A stretch of 64,000 bases of DNA from Pavona decussata (lineage: Eukaryota), in assembly GCA_977016875.1 (NCBI GenBank), contig CDRNST010000056.1, positions 6,324,001 to 6,388,000 of the forward strand, in the 5' to 3' direction. The translations under genes and the position numbers were made by a program. Each line of letters opens with the position of its first letter. The first letter of the stretch is position 1. Shown one piece after another: positions 51,216 through 63,303 of the stretch. The notes beneath the pieces are model-generated. The model did not search any database, had not been told where the DNA came from, and saw only the letters and a list, made by a program, of their open reading frames with translations.

Positions 51216-52411
51216 ATTCCCCTTCGCTGTTCTCAAAGATCCAAGCGCCCGTCGTCTCAGGCCTTGAAGGCATTAGTAACCTCCCCTCTGCGGCGGGCCA
51301 GAAGGCAGAATCCAGTTGTGGATGGCCACTTGCCATAATCGTCATCTGAACAACAGGCTTCCCTGATGCCGTAGGTTTTGGTATCGGCCTCTTCCGCCAC
51401 ACCTGCTTCAACCCTGGTGGATACTGCCACTACTATTCTCTCTTCACCAGTGTTGGATCAACTTGTATCCCGGGTGAAGGAGGAAGTTACAAGGAAGTTC
51501 CAGCCATTGCTTGACAATTTGGGCTCCTTGTCCCAGCCAGCGCAGACTCCCCACTATGTACCAGCTCCGTACTCCTCTGGGTCCACCTTTCAGCCCACTC
51601 AGGGCCCAGCTTCACAGATCCAGGATGCAGTGGAGGTGCCAGCTGTGCATGACAGGGTCCAATCAGTTTTAGTCTCCCTGTCAGGTGAGCAGCATTTGCT
51701 CCCTGGGACCCAGCGTCCCAATGATGTATTTATGTCTGTCAATTTGCCAATTGGTGCAAAATTCTTCAAAGTGAATTTGTTGATTTTGGCTCTCCTTTGT
51801 TAACCCGGCTTTTGAAGACAAATTTCAAATTACACTCCAACCCTCACGGGAAGGCACCTCCCCATCTCTAGCTCTTGAGCCAGTTAACAAGGCAAAGTAC
51901 TTCAATAGATGTTTGGCTACAGGCTTTTCATGTCTTTGTAGGTATTTTTACAGCACAGTATCCCCATGAGGCCCCAGGCCTCATGAAGTATGGGGCTACT
52001 ATTCATGATCTGGCTGCTAGAGGGCAAAATTGGCGTTTTTACGATGAAAATTTTCGTTTTTTGCACCAGTCTCAGGACACATCTCTCCCATGAGGGACGA
52101 TACATTGGGAATTGTGGCTGAGATCTCAGGGTACTGTTAAGAAATTTCATTCCACCATCTGCGCTGTTAAGTCCCTTGATGTCCCTCGAGTTTATTATTT
52201 CAAGTATCACAAAGGGGGCCATTGCTCAGGATGCTCTTTTAAACACTCATGTTCTAAATGTGATGGCCCCCAAAGGGCCATAAATTGTAATTTTCGTGCC
52301 TATGGAAAAAAAGGTGCTTCAAACTTTCTCAATCAACGAAACAATAAACCCTCCAGCAGCCAGAACCCACTCCAGCCTACCTCCACAAGGGCTGGCTTCC
52401 AACGCCCGTAA
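51216..52411 (+). pseudogene. gag-like ORF1 of copy A
   Basis: Starts (ATG>ATT)PLRCSQRSKRPS directly after acceptor TGTAG; homologous to MPPRRSQRQKRPS of copy B. Confidence 0.8.
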
Positions 52412-53689
52412 ACTGATCCTTTGCAATTTTTTTCTTTCTGGGTATATCCCTTCAGTAGTCCAGCTTTTATCCCATGGCTTCAGGTATGGTTTTTCTTTGC
52501 ATTATGAAGGGCCCCGAGACTCTTCATGCGCTTATCGGTTTGTATTATACTTATGGCGTTTTCAGTGCCCTCACCTTCCCTGGGCGAAACTTTGTATCAA
52601 GGATTTGATTGAGAAATATTTTAAAATAAATGCAGCTATGGGATTTTACCCATAGCCATTTACTCCAGTCATTGAATGTGGTATTTTTGCCCAGTAAACA
52701 TAGCTCAGGCAAGGCAGCATTTTGGGGTTGTGCTAATTATTTGTAAGGGAGAAAAGCCATAAAAAATATTTCAACCTAATTAATTTGTTTTGAAATTTCC
52801 TTTGTCTGGTATTCATTCATCGTAAATGAGAGACAGAATTTAGGGGATGGTTTTAAAACGGGCAGCCATCTTGACCGGAAGTTAAATTATGCGTCACTGG
52901 AAGTAGTCATATTTTTGTTTAAAAGCTTTCATAATACAACATAGTTTCAGAAATTGGTCATTTATTATATTTATAGGCTTTGTTTTTTAAATAATAAAGC
53001 TAGCATTTATACAACTGACGAATTTTAAAGTTTTGTGTTACTCTGTACTAGACCAGAAGATCTTTTCACTCTCACACAAAGTCATTAATGAAATGCAATT
53101 TTAACTCATCACTGCAAAGGTACGACTTTCAGAAAAGCAAACTGAAATGATCATAAACCCAAGAGAGCGGTATGTTGTGTCTCACTATCGGTTATTTTAG
53201 AAAGTAAACATGATTAATTGTTGGGCTCTCTTGTCACTACACAGAAAACCGTTCCGTGGAAATATTTCTTGTTAAAACAAAATGTGTGTTGTAGTTACCT
53301 ACGCTGATCTTCTCAATTTAAAATTTAAAAAAATACCCGATAGCAGAGATACTGTCGAGCTTGCTATATTTCTACCTAAAAAGAGTCATGGTGGCCTGGT
53401 GGGTTCTATTACCCAGAATGCCAATGTCAGTATCATCCTCGCTCCCCCATGTTTGTGTGCTTGTTGGAAAAAGACAATAACGTGATGAAAGAAGTGACGA
53501 AAAACGTGATGATTCTCACTACATGAACTGTAAGTATCGTGAAATGTTTTTTTCTTTTCAATATATAAATAGACACTTGCAAAGACATTGCTGTTAATTG
53601 TTTTAATGTAATGTGTAGTTTACCTTTCTCCTTTTCAAAAAGTGTCTAGGGCAACACCTTTTATTATGTACTTAAATATTAAATACCTA

Positions 53690-56600
53690 AAGATTCTACA
53701 CCAGTTCCAAAGCATCGACACCATGAACAAAGACCAGCTAGGCAAACCGCCTTCGCTAGCGATGTCTTGAACGTAGTCGCATCATTTGAAGAGCATGGGA
53801 ATACTTTTACTGCAGAGAGTAAAGATCTAATAGCAGTTCACACAAAGGATGTCGTAGACGAGACCGATGTTACCACTGTGCAGAATGTTGTCAAGATCGG
53901 GGAGGTCCCATTTAAACATGTTCGTCAAGGAACGATTTATCGACCGGAGCAAGCTGGTAACAGACACCATTAAAAAAAACAAATTGCCAACATTCAATGC
54001 CTCAAGCTAGAAAGTTATCACCAAGGAGAAGGAAAGGATCGGGCTTCTGAAAGAGGATTGTGCCCTTTTCTCTAGACTTTACATCGCATGTCAGAGTTGA
54101 GATGGAAATCTTGAAAGTTTTTTCAATTTGCAAATCATGGCCACCATCCCTTTCTCAAATGGGAAATCTTAGAGAAGGACAGAAGGCAGATCTTGTTAAG
54201 TGTCTTAAAACCATTATAACCCCAGAAGCAGATCAGCCAACACTAGATACAATCATACTGAATGGAGCCATAATCGTTCAGATGCTGCCTCCCGGGACGG
54301 TGCGTACCTTTGAAGAGTACTGTATTTACCCGTGTATAATGCGCACTTATTTTCCCTGAAATTAGCGTCTAAAATTGAGATGCGTATCGTACACGGAATC
54401 CTTTGTTTAGGCCCACACGCGATTTAGCATAACAAAGACACTGAAAGATGCGATATAAGTGGTCTTTAATTTAACAGTAAAACAAACTACCAATAGAAAC
54501 TTAACAACTCTGATCTGTGAATAAATTAAAACCAGTACTTAAATGCAACAGCTGATCAACAAAACAATCCTGGGGATTGGGGAGAAGAAGCCTACTTGTT
54601 TTGGACGCCTTCGAAGCTCACGTGACTGACAGCGTGAAACAGCGATTGCGAGAGAGAATACCAACTTAGCAGTAATTCCCGGCGGATTAACCTCTATTCT
54701 GCAGCCGTTGGAAGTTTCTTTAAGCAAGCCGTTTAAAGATAATGTGAGAAGGAGGTGGATGGCCGAAGGAATCCACGAATTTACCACTGGTGTCCGCCAA
54801 AAGAAGCCATCTGAAGAACTTATTCTCTCGTGGATTGCTGGAGCATGGAGTGAAATTCCAGAAGAAATGATCAAGGCATCATTTCTGAAATGTGGAATCA
54901 CAATCTTGATGGAACAGAAGACCACTTGTTTCATGAGGCCGAGGACAACGACGAACTCAACGACTCATTTGTAAGAGACCTTTTTCAGTCAGACTCTGAG
55001 TCAGAGTTTGAAGGATTTGACATTTGAGCATGAACCGATGAGCCCCGCTGAGTTGAACAGTGATTTTTGAAACTGAGTAGATTTGATTCGCGTAAGAAAA
55101 TTAAGACAGTTAGCATCACGACAGAAACCTTAGTTCAAGGCATTGATTATTATTGTTGTAGCTAAGTAATTTCGTATTTTTTCACAGTAGCTTTTGTGAA
55201 TAGAATTGTAATTAGGCTGTCGTAATTACTGATAGCGGCATTGCTAAACATTATTGTAAACTCCGGTTACTGGTACTTCGCACGTTCATAGAATAAATTC
55301 ATATCCATACGATTTAACCTTCGTTTTGAGTTGTCTTATTTTTATTTTCTGCCAAAGCATGGTCCAAAATTGGGGTGCGTATTATACACGGGTAAATACG
55401 GTACTGCCAGACAGTTTCCAGTCCTCATATTGCAAGACAGCTCCAGTCTGCAAAGCAAGTAGATCTGGTATGGGATGTGTATGGAGAAGGCTCCCCGAAG
55501 AAAGCAGCCCGCGAAAGAAGCGGCACAGGTCAACAGCCAAAAGTCACGTCATCAACGCGAATCCTCTCAGACTGGAAAGGATTCCTTTGTGTTGACTAGA
55601 ATAAGAATGAGCTTTTCCTACTGCTAGCAAACTACGTAGTGTCTATGGAGATACCCGATGACAAGGAGCTGTGTAGCACTTCTGGAGAGAGTGTTTTGTA
55701 ATCCACCAACCGAACGGATTTGACCATGCTGTCACCATGTACCAACGAAGAGGCAGACAAGCAACTGTTGCTACACATCTTGGATGCCAGCCTCCTCGGT
55801 CATCGAAGAGTGGTGATCAGGACCAACGATACAGACGTGGTTGTTCTAGCTGTATCCGTTGTTAGCACCATCCCTGTGGGTTACATACGTTTCAGGAAAC
55901 AACTGAAAAACCTTGCTGCCCATACCATTGCTGCAACATTAGGGCGAGAGAGAGCTTTTGTTCTACCCATGTTCCACGCACTTACTGGATGAGATACAAT
56001 TTCTTTCTTTGCAGGTAGAGGCAAGAAGACAGCATGGGACGTGTGGGGTGTATTTCCCGAGCTTACATCTACACTACTATCCCTGACCTTGTTACCTGAA
56101 GTCATCAGTGACGCTTGCATGGTCGTGATCGAGCGTTTTGTTGTCCTCCTCTATGACCGCACAAGTAACCTAACAGAGGTTAACGAAGCCAGACAAGAGC
56201 TGTTCTCAAAGAAGTCCAGCCCCCAACCAAAGCAGCACTTCTGCAGCACACCAAGCATTCTGTATATCAAGGTGGGTTTGTTTGGGCCCAAGCACTTCTT
56301 AAGCAGCCACTACTTCCAAGCCCTTCTAAATGGGGATGGCAGTACAACGACAATTTTCGGACACCAATGTGGACAACTGTGCCGCATATGAAGGACACAT
56401 GCTGCGAACTGATCCATTGCCGCAGCAAGACTGCGTGTACAGGTCGATGCAAGTGTGTGAAGGCAAGCTAGGCTTGCACAGGCTTGTGCAACTGTGGTGG
56501 CAACTGTAACTACAAAACGTGAATTGTAGCTTCTGAGCAGCATCATCTCTTGTACTTCAAAATAGCATGTGATAATGACAGGCGCTACTTCGAAATATTT

Positions 56601-57337
56601 TTTAAAAAAACTCTTCAGGTTGAATGTGTTGAATGTAGTACTCAGTGAATCTAAAGAGCAGTGGAATTTGAATAAAGGACACATTACAAATTTTTATTTG
56701 TCATTTTCCACGCCTTACGTATGCCAATTTACGCTGAGTTCAGCCAGTTGTTATAATTTTAAGTTCTTTTTTAAGTCGCATATTAAAGAAGAATTCAGTA
56801 GAACGATCCTGAGCAGTCACGTGATTAGTCACGTGACTGGGCACGTGATCTCAAACTGTTATAGATGGCAAAGCAAACACGGTCCAATGTCAAAAGGTTG
56901 CTTATACATGAAAACAGCATCAAAATTTCGAACATTTGCCTCAGCCTCGTTTTCATGCAGCTATGATTTGGAACATGCGCTGTTATAATTTTAAGTTCTT
57001 TTTTAGGTCACATATTAAAGAAGAATTCAGTAGAACGATCCTGAGCAGTCACGTGATTAGTCACGTGATTGGGCCCGTGATCTCAAACTGTTATAGATGG
57101 CAAAGCAAACACGGTCCAACATCAAAAGGCTGCTTATACATGGAAACAGCATCAAAATTTCGAACATTTGCCTCAGCCTCGTTTTCATGCAGCTATGATT
57201 TGGAACATGCGCTGTACGCAGCTCCAGTGCCTAATTTGAGCTGGCTTAAAATATTTACCTTAGGGAGGAAAGTAACCTCACAAAGTTTCATGCTTTTATC
57301 AAAAAACGAACAATTTTGCTCGTTAGCAGCTGGACTA
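53690..57337 (+). mobile_element. Academ DNA transposon, 3' half with right terminus
   Basis: CALFSRLYIACQ, WPPSLS, IILNG..VQ, EEAD..LLLH, RTNDTDVVVL, FHALTG.DT.S.F.GRGKKTAW (XPG/PIN-like), Cys-rich tail to ~56520; ends ...GCAGCTGGACTA; 232-bp tandem duplication 56749-57212. Confidence 0.85.
54320..55401 (+). mobile_element. pogo/Tigger-type element, internally deleted, with DDE_1 fragment
   Basis: TIR CTGTATTTACCCGTGTATAATGCGCAC / GTGCGTATTATACACGGGTAAATACGG, TA TSD; LLVLDAF.AH, VIPGGLTS.LQPL.VS..KPFK; host frame EEY|CQTV rejoins. Confidence 0.93.
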
Positions 57338-60300
57338 TAAGCTTAAACGAGTAGAAAAACGACATGCACTTGAAAATGAACAGCCAGTTGATGGAAAGTA
57401 CACACGCTCAGTTTCCCCTGCATCTCTTGACAATACTGGAGCTTGCTTTTATCTGATGGGTATTGTAAGCTTAATAACCCTTTACACAATGTATCAATGC
57501 TTGGCTAGGATGCTCATGTGAGGAAGTGTGCAGCCATACTTCAGGATCAAACACTCTTGGCAAAACTAAGTACAGGCGACTTTGTAGCACTGGAGGCAAA
57601 GTATCATGCCGTTTGCCTAACATCATTGTATAAAAAGGCGGAGGCAGTCAGAGAAAAAGACGAAGAAGATGAAGTGAATCCAAGACGGCCTGAAGGTATC
57701 ACACTTGCGGAACTGGTCTCATTCATTGAAGTGTCGCGCATGGTCAGTAGTACAGAGCTCCCAGTTTTCAAACTGTCCGAATTTGCTAAAAAAGTACACA
57801 TCCCATTTGGACCAACTTGGTGAACACAAGGACACGCGCTTTCACACTACACAGCTAAAAGATCGCATTCTTTCACATATTCCAGCTCTTGAAGCATACA
57901 AGCAAGGGCATGATGTCTTTCTGGCTTTCAAAAATGATCTTGCCAATGTGCTGCAAAAAGCTCACAAGGAGGACTGTGATGAAGAAGCTATGCATCTAGC
58001 AAAGGCCGCAAGTATTGTTCGCAAAGACATGCTGTCAAAGAAGTATACATTTCACGGATCATTTAAACCGAACTGCCCGGTGAACTCTGTTCCAGCTTGT
58101 TTGGTATTTCTCATCAACATGATGCTATCCGTCCGAACATTGAAATGCAAATGAGCACTTTATCTAGTGCTAAATTCGGTCTTACCCTCTCACATTTGCT
58201 ACAGTACAACAGCTATCATCGCCGCCACAATTGAGAAGTGAAGCAGGAGTGAAGAAACAAGTCTCATGAAACCCCATTACCCATTTATGTAGGGTTATCT
58301 ATTCATGCCAACACCCGTAGTCATTACCTTGTAGAAGCCATGCACACTTTAAGACTTAAAGTGTCTCGTATGACAGAGTTCTTGCCATTTCTACTAATCT
58401 GGGTAATGCTGTTTGTCGTCGCTACCAGGAAGAAAACGTTGTGTCCATCTAATCTTCATTTGGGTTTGTTCACAACGGCTGCTGTCGATAACATTGACCA
58501 CAACCCTAGTTCCACAACTGCGAAAGATTCATTTCATGGAACAGGGATCTCTTTGTTTCAGCACACCACTACTGACATACCTGGCAATTCTCAAGAAGGC
58601 GTAACCATGTCGCAAACCGCAGCTAACACAAAATCTGTGGTCGAGTTACCCGTGTCGTATACTCAAGTTGCACCAGCTGCTCTTCCTAACAAAACCCATC
58701 CAATCCCAGAAACGACTGGTCGACTACAAGAAGACGAAAGCACTGTTAATCACGCCATGGAAAAGGAAATGATCTGACTCGAAGATGTGAGTGACACCAT
58801 TACCAATCAAACAAGTCTGGAGGAAAAGAAAAACGTTTCATGGCCAGCACATCACTCCACTACAGACCGGCAACAAAATACCAGTCCCAGTCTGTCTGTC
58901 ATATCTGCACTTTTGCCTCTTTTCCCGGACCAAGCTAAATCTGTGGCAATGATCTGGCATGCAATGGATGTCATCAAAGCGTCTGTAAACTACCTGAACC
59001 CTGGCCAGGTCCCTGTTATTGCTACGGATCAGCCACTCTTTGCTGTTGCCAAGCAGATACAGTGGACCTGGCCAGACAGTTACAGAGAGCCGAAGTTTGT
59101 CATCATGTTTGGTGGCCTGCACATTGAAATAACCTTTTTAAGTCATTGGTGAGTGGCTGGAGTTAAGTGGAGGACAGCCGCACAGGTGGACGCTAATGTT
59201 GCCTCGGCTGGGACAGCAGAGTCATTCGTGAAAGCCACAAGCGTTACTTGTTCACGCCGAGCACACCACATAACGGTGTCCTGTCTTTATGCGCTGCTCA
59301 AGAAGGCATATGTCAAGTATACAGAGGGCCTAAATGATGGAGATGACACCCTTCTCTTTGATGACTGGTGTAACTAGCAGGTATCAGCGTCACCCCAGTT
59401 CCAGTTCTGGTATACAACCTTGCAGCTTGAGCTTTTGCTGTTGGTCTACCTTACCTACCTTTACATTGATGCCCTCTCCAAGATGTTACCTTGGTTTTTT
59501 GCACTGAACCACACCAACTATGCGCGTTGGCTACCAGTTCATCTTTGTGAAATGTGAGCACTTAAGCAGACAGCCCCAGATGTCTTCTCAAATCTTGTAA
59601 AGGAGTTGTTTACAGTTCACGAGTCCCCGAGAAAGTTCTCAGCTATTGCTATTGACCAGGTGCATGAACAGAACAATGGCATGGTCAAAGGATAAGATAG
59701 TGCAGTTGGTCTGACAGAGAACCACGGAGCTCTTCGTCGATGCATGATTACAGGGCCTGAAATGGCAAGTGGTGAACGAATTTGGTGTGCTTAAAAAGGT
59801 GGCAGCTCTGGGAGAAGATCATCATGAGGTACAAGGAATTTTTTAGGTGTCATTCTTCAAAGATGTCAAATCCCTTGCAGCAGCGATGGAAGATCTAGGT
59901 AAACCCTTCCTGGAAGAAAGTGAAGATCTGATAGTTCTGGACACCAAGCAAATTGCTGGACCACCGGCAGTTACATGTGTGCGTCAGATGGAGGCCCTTG
60001 GTAGGGAACAGTGTAATACCTTCATAACTGAGCATCTCGTGAATCAAAAGAAGTCATTATATGACCCGATAAAGCGAAACAAACTCACTTTGTTCAATTC
60101 ACCTCCACCAAAGGCACAATCTAAGGCAGCACAGCAACTTCCATCCATGAAGAGCGACTGCTCACTTTTTGCCAGGCTGTACATATCCTGCCAAACCAGG
60201 GACAGTGACCTTAATGAATTTTCAAGCATGGGAACCAGGGAAGTCCGCCATCCTTATCACATGGTGATAAATTGCGCCTTTCCAAAAAAGAAGTCTGAGC

Positions 60301-60350
60301 TGTCAGAGTGGCTGCAGGCTAACAATACACCACAAACGGAAGTTCCTATG
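57338..60350 (+). pseudogene. Second Academ transposase (central part), truncated on both sides
   Basis: GDFVALEAKYH..CL, ETPLPIYVG, AAVDNIDHNPSSTTAKDSFHGTGISLFQH, DQPLFA.AKQIQW, MFGGLHIE, WFFALNHTNYARW, DQ.HEQNN, CSLFARLYISCQ. Confidence 0.87.
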
Positions 60351-60973
60351 ACGATACCCCAAGCCCTCCAAAGTGGTTTATGAAACTATACAAATGTAGC
60401 TCAGTTATTTCAGAACATGGCTCCAGATGACGGTACAGAGGAAACATTGGTTGGGGATTCAACCTCAGACCAAAACTCTGATTGGGGTACTCAAGACAAA
60501 CAGGACTGTGCCCTGTTTGCCGAGTCACAACACTTAATTGGCAGCACTTTGCACGATGCTGATGCGATAGAAGTTCAAAGATCAAATGAAACAAACACAA
60601 GTCCCACATTTTAGTCCCTGAGTTGAATTCAATGATTCACAAGGCGAAGGTGATCAAGCAGCTTGCCCAAAACAAAGAGGTGTCTACTGATCGCCTCATT
60701 CGCATCCAACAAGCCCAAGAGCCACAAGAAAGCGAGTCTGACGATGGGGTTGATGTCGATGGTCACAGTAATATTGGACTATGGGACTATGTTGCGTTTG
60801 AAAGTGAGCGGCGATATGATGATGAAAGACCCTACCGCTTTGCCCAAGTACTTCGAATGCGCTGTCACACATCAACAAGGAGCAGAACAGAATGTGGCGA
60901 GCCAGTCAACCTCCAGCATGACAGTGTAAAGAACATACCACTTTTGGTCAAGCCCTACAAAACTGCTCTATGA
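60350..60973 (+). pseudogene. Unidentified coding relic (acidic; VSTDRL.RI motif), possibly a transposase C-terminus
   Basis: ORFs 60417-60614 and 60623-60973; abrupt junction with the Academ relic. Confidence 0.3.
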
Positions 60974-61529
60974 TCAAGTGTTTGCAAGATCCAGTGAAAC
61001 AGGACTGGGGAATGCCACAGAACTAAGTAATATGTTTTGTAGCCAATTGGATTTTGAGTGTTGTAATTTTATATTTCTCACATGCAATTTTCATGAATCA
61101 CTAGCTATTAGATTTAAACAGATAAAATATTTGCCCGCAGATAGAATTTTTATGCCTTTTCCCGCTTTTGTTAGTAATCAATTGGATCGAGTGGTCCTGG
61201 GTCTTGGGGAAGAAGTAATTGGAATAAGGTATAGCCCCGTTTAGATGCTTGTTTCAGTCATATGATCAATATGATCATACCATAGTCATTCGTCTCGGTT
61301 CAGCAGCGGATTAAGACGTGCTTTTGTTCTTTCAAGGTAAGCCTATATAATCCACCGGTTCCCGGTTTTTCCGCTCTATTTCACTCTATTGTGTTCTGAA
61401 TTTTCTTTGTTGGGGTTACGTTCCCCTTCATTGCAATTAGTTACCAATTTTTTCCCCATTTGTTTCGTTTTGCCTTGCTTTATTTCCGGACCGCGTGGCG
61501 CTACGTTAAGCAATTTTTCTGTTGGCGAG

Positions 61530-62123
61530 ATGGAAACTACACTTTCTCCAAAAGTTCTTGTTTTAGGTCATTCTTTCGTACGTCGATTAGCTCATGATCT
61601 TAAGAACGATTTCGATCCGCAAGCCTCTGAGACTTTTAACCTACAGGGGCAAGTCCACGTGCGTTTACATGGCACCGGCGGACGCACGGTCCAGAAATTG
61701 ATCAAATACGACCTGGGTGTCCTTACTGAGTTTGCCCCAAACATTGTTATTCTAGAAATTGGAACCAATGATTTAACTGTCAGTGCACCCGAGGTCGTAA
61801 GTTCCGCTATTGATGATTTTGTTCATTTCCTTCGCTGTTCCTTTGCAGTGAAAATCATTGGCGTCTGTGAGGTCCTCCCTCGTGGAACAACATATTCACA
61901 TGGGTCGGATTTCAACAAGGCGGTGCCGATTTTAAACAATTACCTGCGAGTTGTTTTAGGCGAACAAGAAAGCGTTTTCTGTTGACGCCATGTCGGCTTT
62001 TGCAAACCCAGTTTTGATCCATATTTGCCTGATGGCGTTCACGTGAATTCCGTGGGCCAGTACTGGCTGTATCGCAGCTATCAAGGCGCCATTATCAAGG
62101 CTTTAACAATGCTTGCTAAGTAA
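61530..62123 (+). pseudogene. SGNH/GDSL hydrolase (copy B), intact except for one TGG>TGA stop at 61983
   Basis: VLVLGHSFV, HGTGG, IVILEIGTNDL, LPDGVHVN. Confidence 0.92.
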
Positions 62124-62346
62124 ATTTAGGGCGTTTACGTTTGTCTTTTCCCCTTTGGTACTTCCCCACTCACCCCTTTATTGCTTTTCTTCATTGGTAG
62201 CTAGCGGTTTTTGCCTCATGTTTTATTTAACACTTTATTATACGCATCATGTTTATTTGGGGACCTGTGTTCCCGGTTTCTTTTTTACGGACTTGCTGTT
62301 GCGGCGACCTTTGGTCAGCCATGCTTGTCCATGTTTACATTTGTTT

Positions 62347-63200
62347 AGAGCCCCTGTTGCTCTGTTTTCTTTTAAGTCATTGAGGCCTCGTGTCTCATTT
62401 TTAGAGCCCCTGTTGCTCTGTTTTTATTTTGATTCATTGAGGCCTTATGTCTCATTTTTTACAATGATTAAAGCCCCTGTTGCTCTGTTTTTCTTATGAT
62501 TAATTGAGGCATTGTGTCTCATTTTTTACAATGACTAGAGCCCCTGTTGCTCTGTTTTTATTATGATTCATTGAGGCCTTGTGTCTCATTTGTTACAATG
62601 ATTAGAGCCCCTGTTGCTCTGTTTTTATTTTGATTCATTGAGGCCTTGTGTCTCATTTTTTGCAATGATGAGAGCCCATGTTGCTCTGTTTTTATTTTGA
62701 TTTATTGAGGCCTTGTGTCTCATTTTTTTTATAGTGATTAGAGCCCCTGTTGCTCTGTTTTTGTTATGATTCATTGAGGCCTCATGTCTGATTTTTTTAA
62801 CATGTTTAGAGCCCCTGTTGCTCTGTTTTTATTTCGATTTATTGAGGCCTTGTGTCTCATTTTTCACACTGTTTAGAGCCCCTGTTGCTCTGTTTTTGTT
62901 TGTTTATTTGAGGCATGGTGTCCCATGTCTACCTTTGTTTAGAGCCCCTGTTGCTCTGTTTATCATTTGATTCATCGAGGCCTTGTGTCAAATTTTAACA
63001 TTGCGGCCTTGTGTCGTTTTACATTGTTTAGAGCCCTGTTGCTCTGTTTATCATTTGATTCATCGAGGCCTTGTGTCAAATTTTAACATTGCAGCCTTAT
63101 GTCGTTTTACATTGTTTAGAGCCCTGTTGCTCTGTTTGTATTTGCTTACTTGAGATCTCGTGTATCTTATTTTTTCTTTGTATTGAGCACCTGCTGCTCT
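62347..63200 (+). repeat. Array of ~26-28 stem-loops, ~67-bp dimeric unit: AGAGC-CCCTGTT-GCTCT alternating with GAGGC-CTTGT-GTCTC
   Basis: Direct inspection. Confidence 0.92.
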
Positions 63201-63303
63201 AATTTATTCTCCCCCCCCCCCCCCCCCCTTTTTCCTAGTCGATTATCAAATACCCCTTAGGCCTCTGGGTCTCTTTGCCTTTGTTGTGGTTTTTCTTTCA
63301 CAG

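Larger units (their letters stand above)
49066..52530 (+). mobile_element. Ngaro/DIRS-group tyrosine-recombinase retrotransposon, 5' half (copy A): leader, SGNH ORF, hairpin array, gag, start of RT ORF
   Basis: gag motifs W..AF..F..I, YG.TI.DLA..G.NW.FYD.NFR, zinc finger C..C.FKH.C.KC.G.(H)...C; RT ORF start TPV...L.GY......L..GF..GF.L.YEGP; colinear with copy B. Confidence 0.82.

Noticed and set aside
52530-53690. Left terminus of the first Academ element
   Set aside because: Looks like transposon subterminal DNA, but no TAGTCCAGC TIR matching the right end was found.
50308-63200. CRISPR array interpretation of the two hairpin arrays
   Set aside because: Linkers are short, T-rich and mostly repeated rather than unique spacers; no cas genes; eukaryotic TE context.
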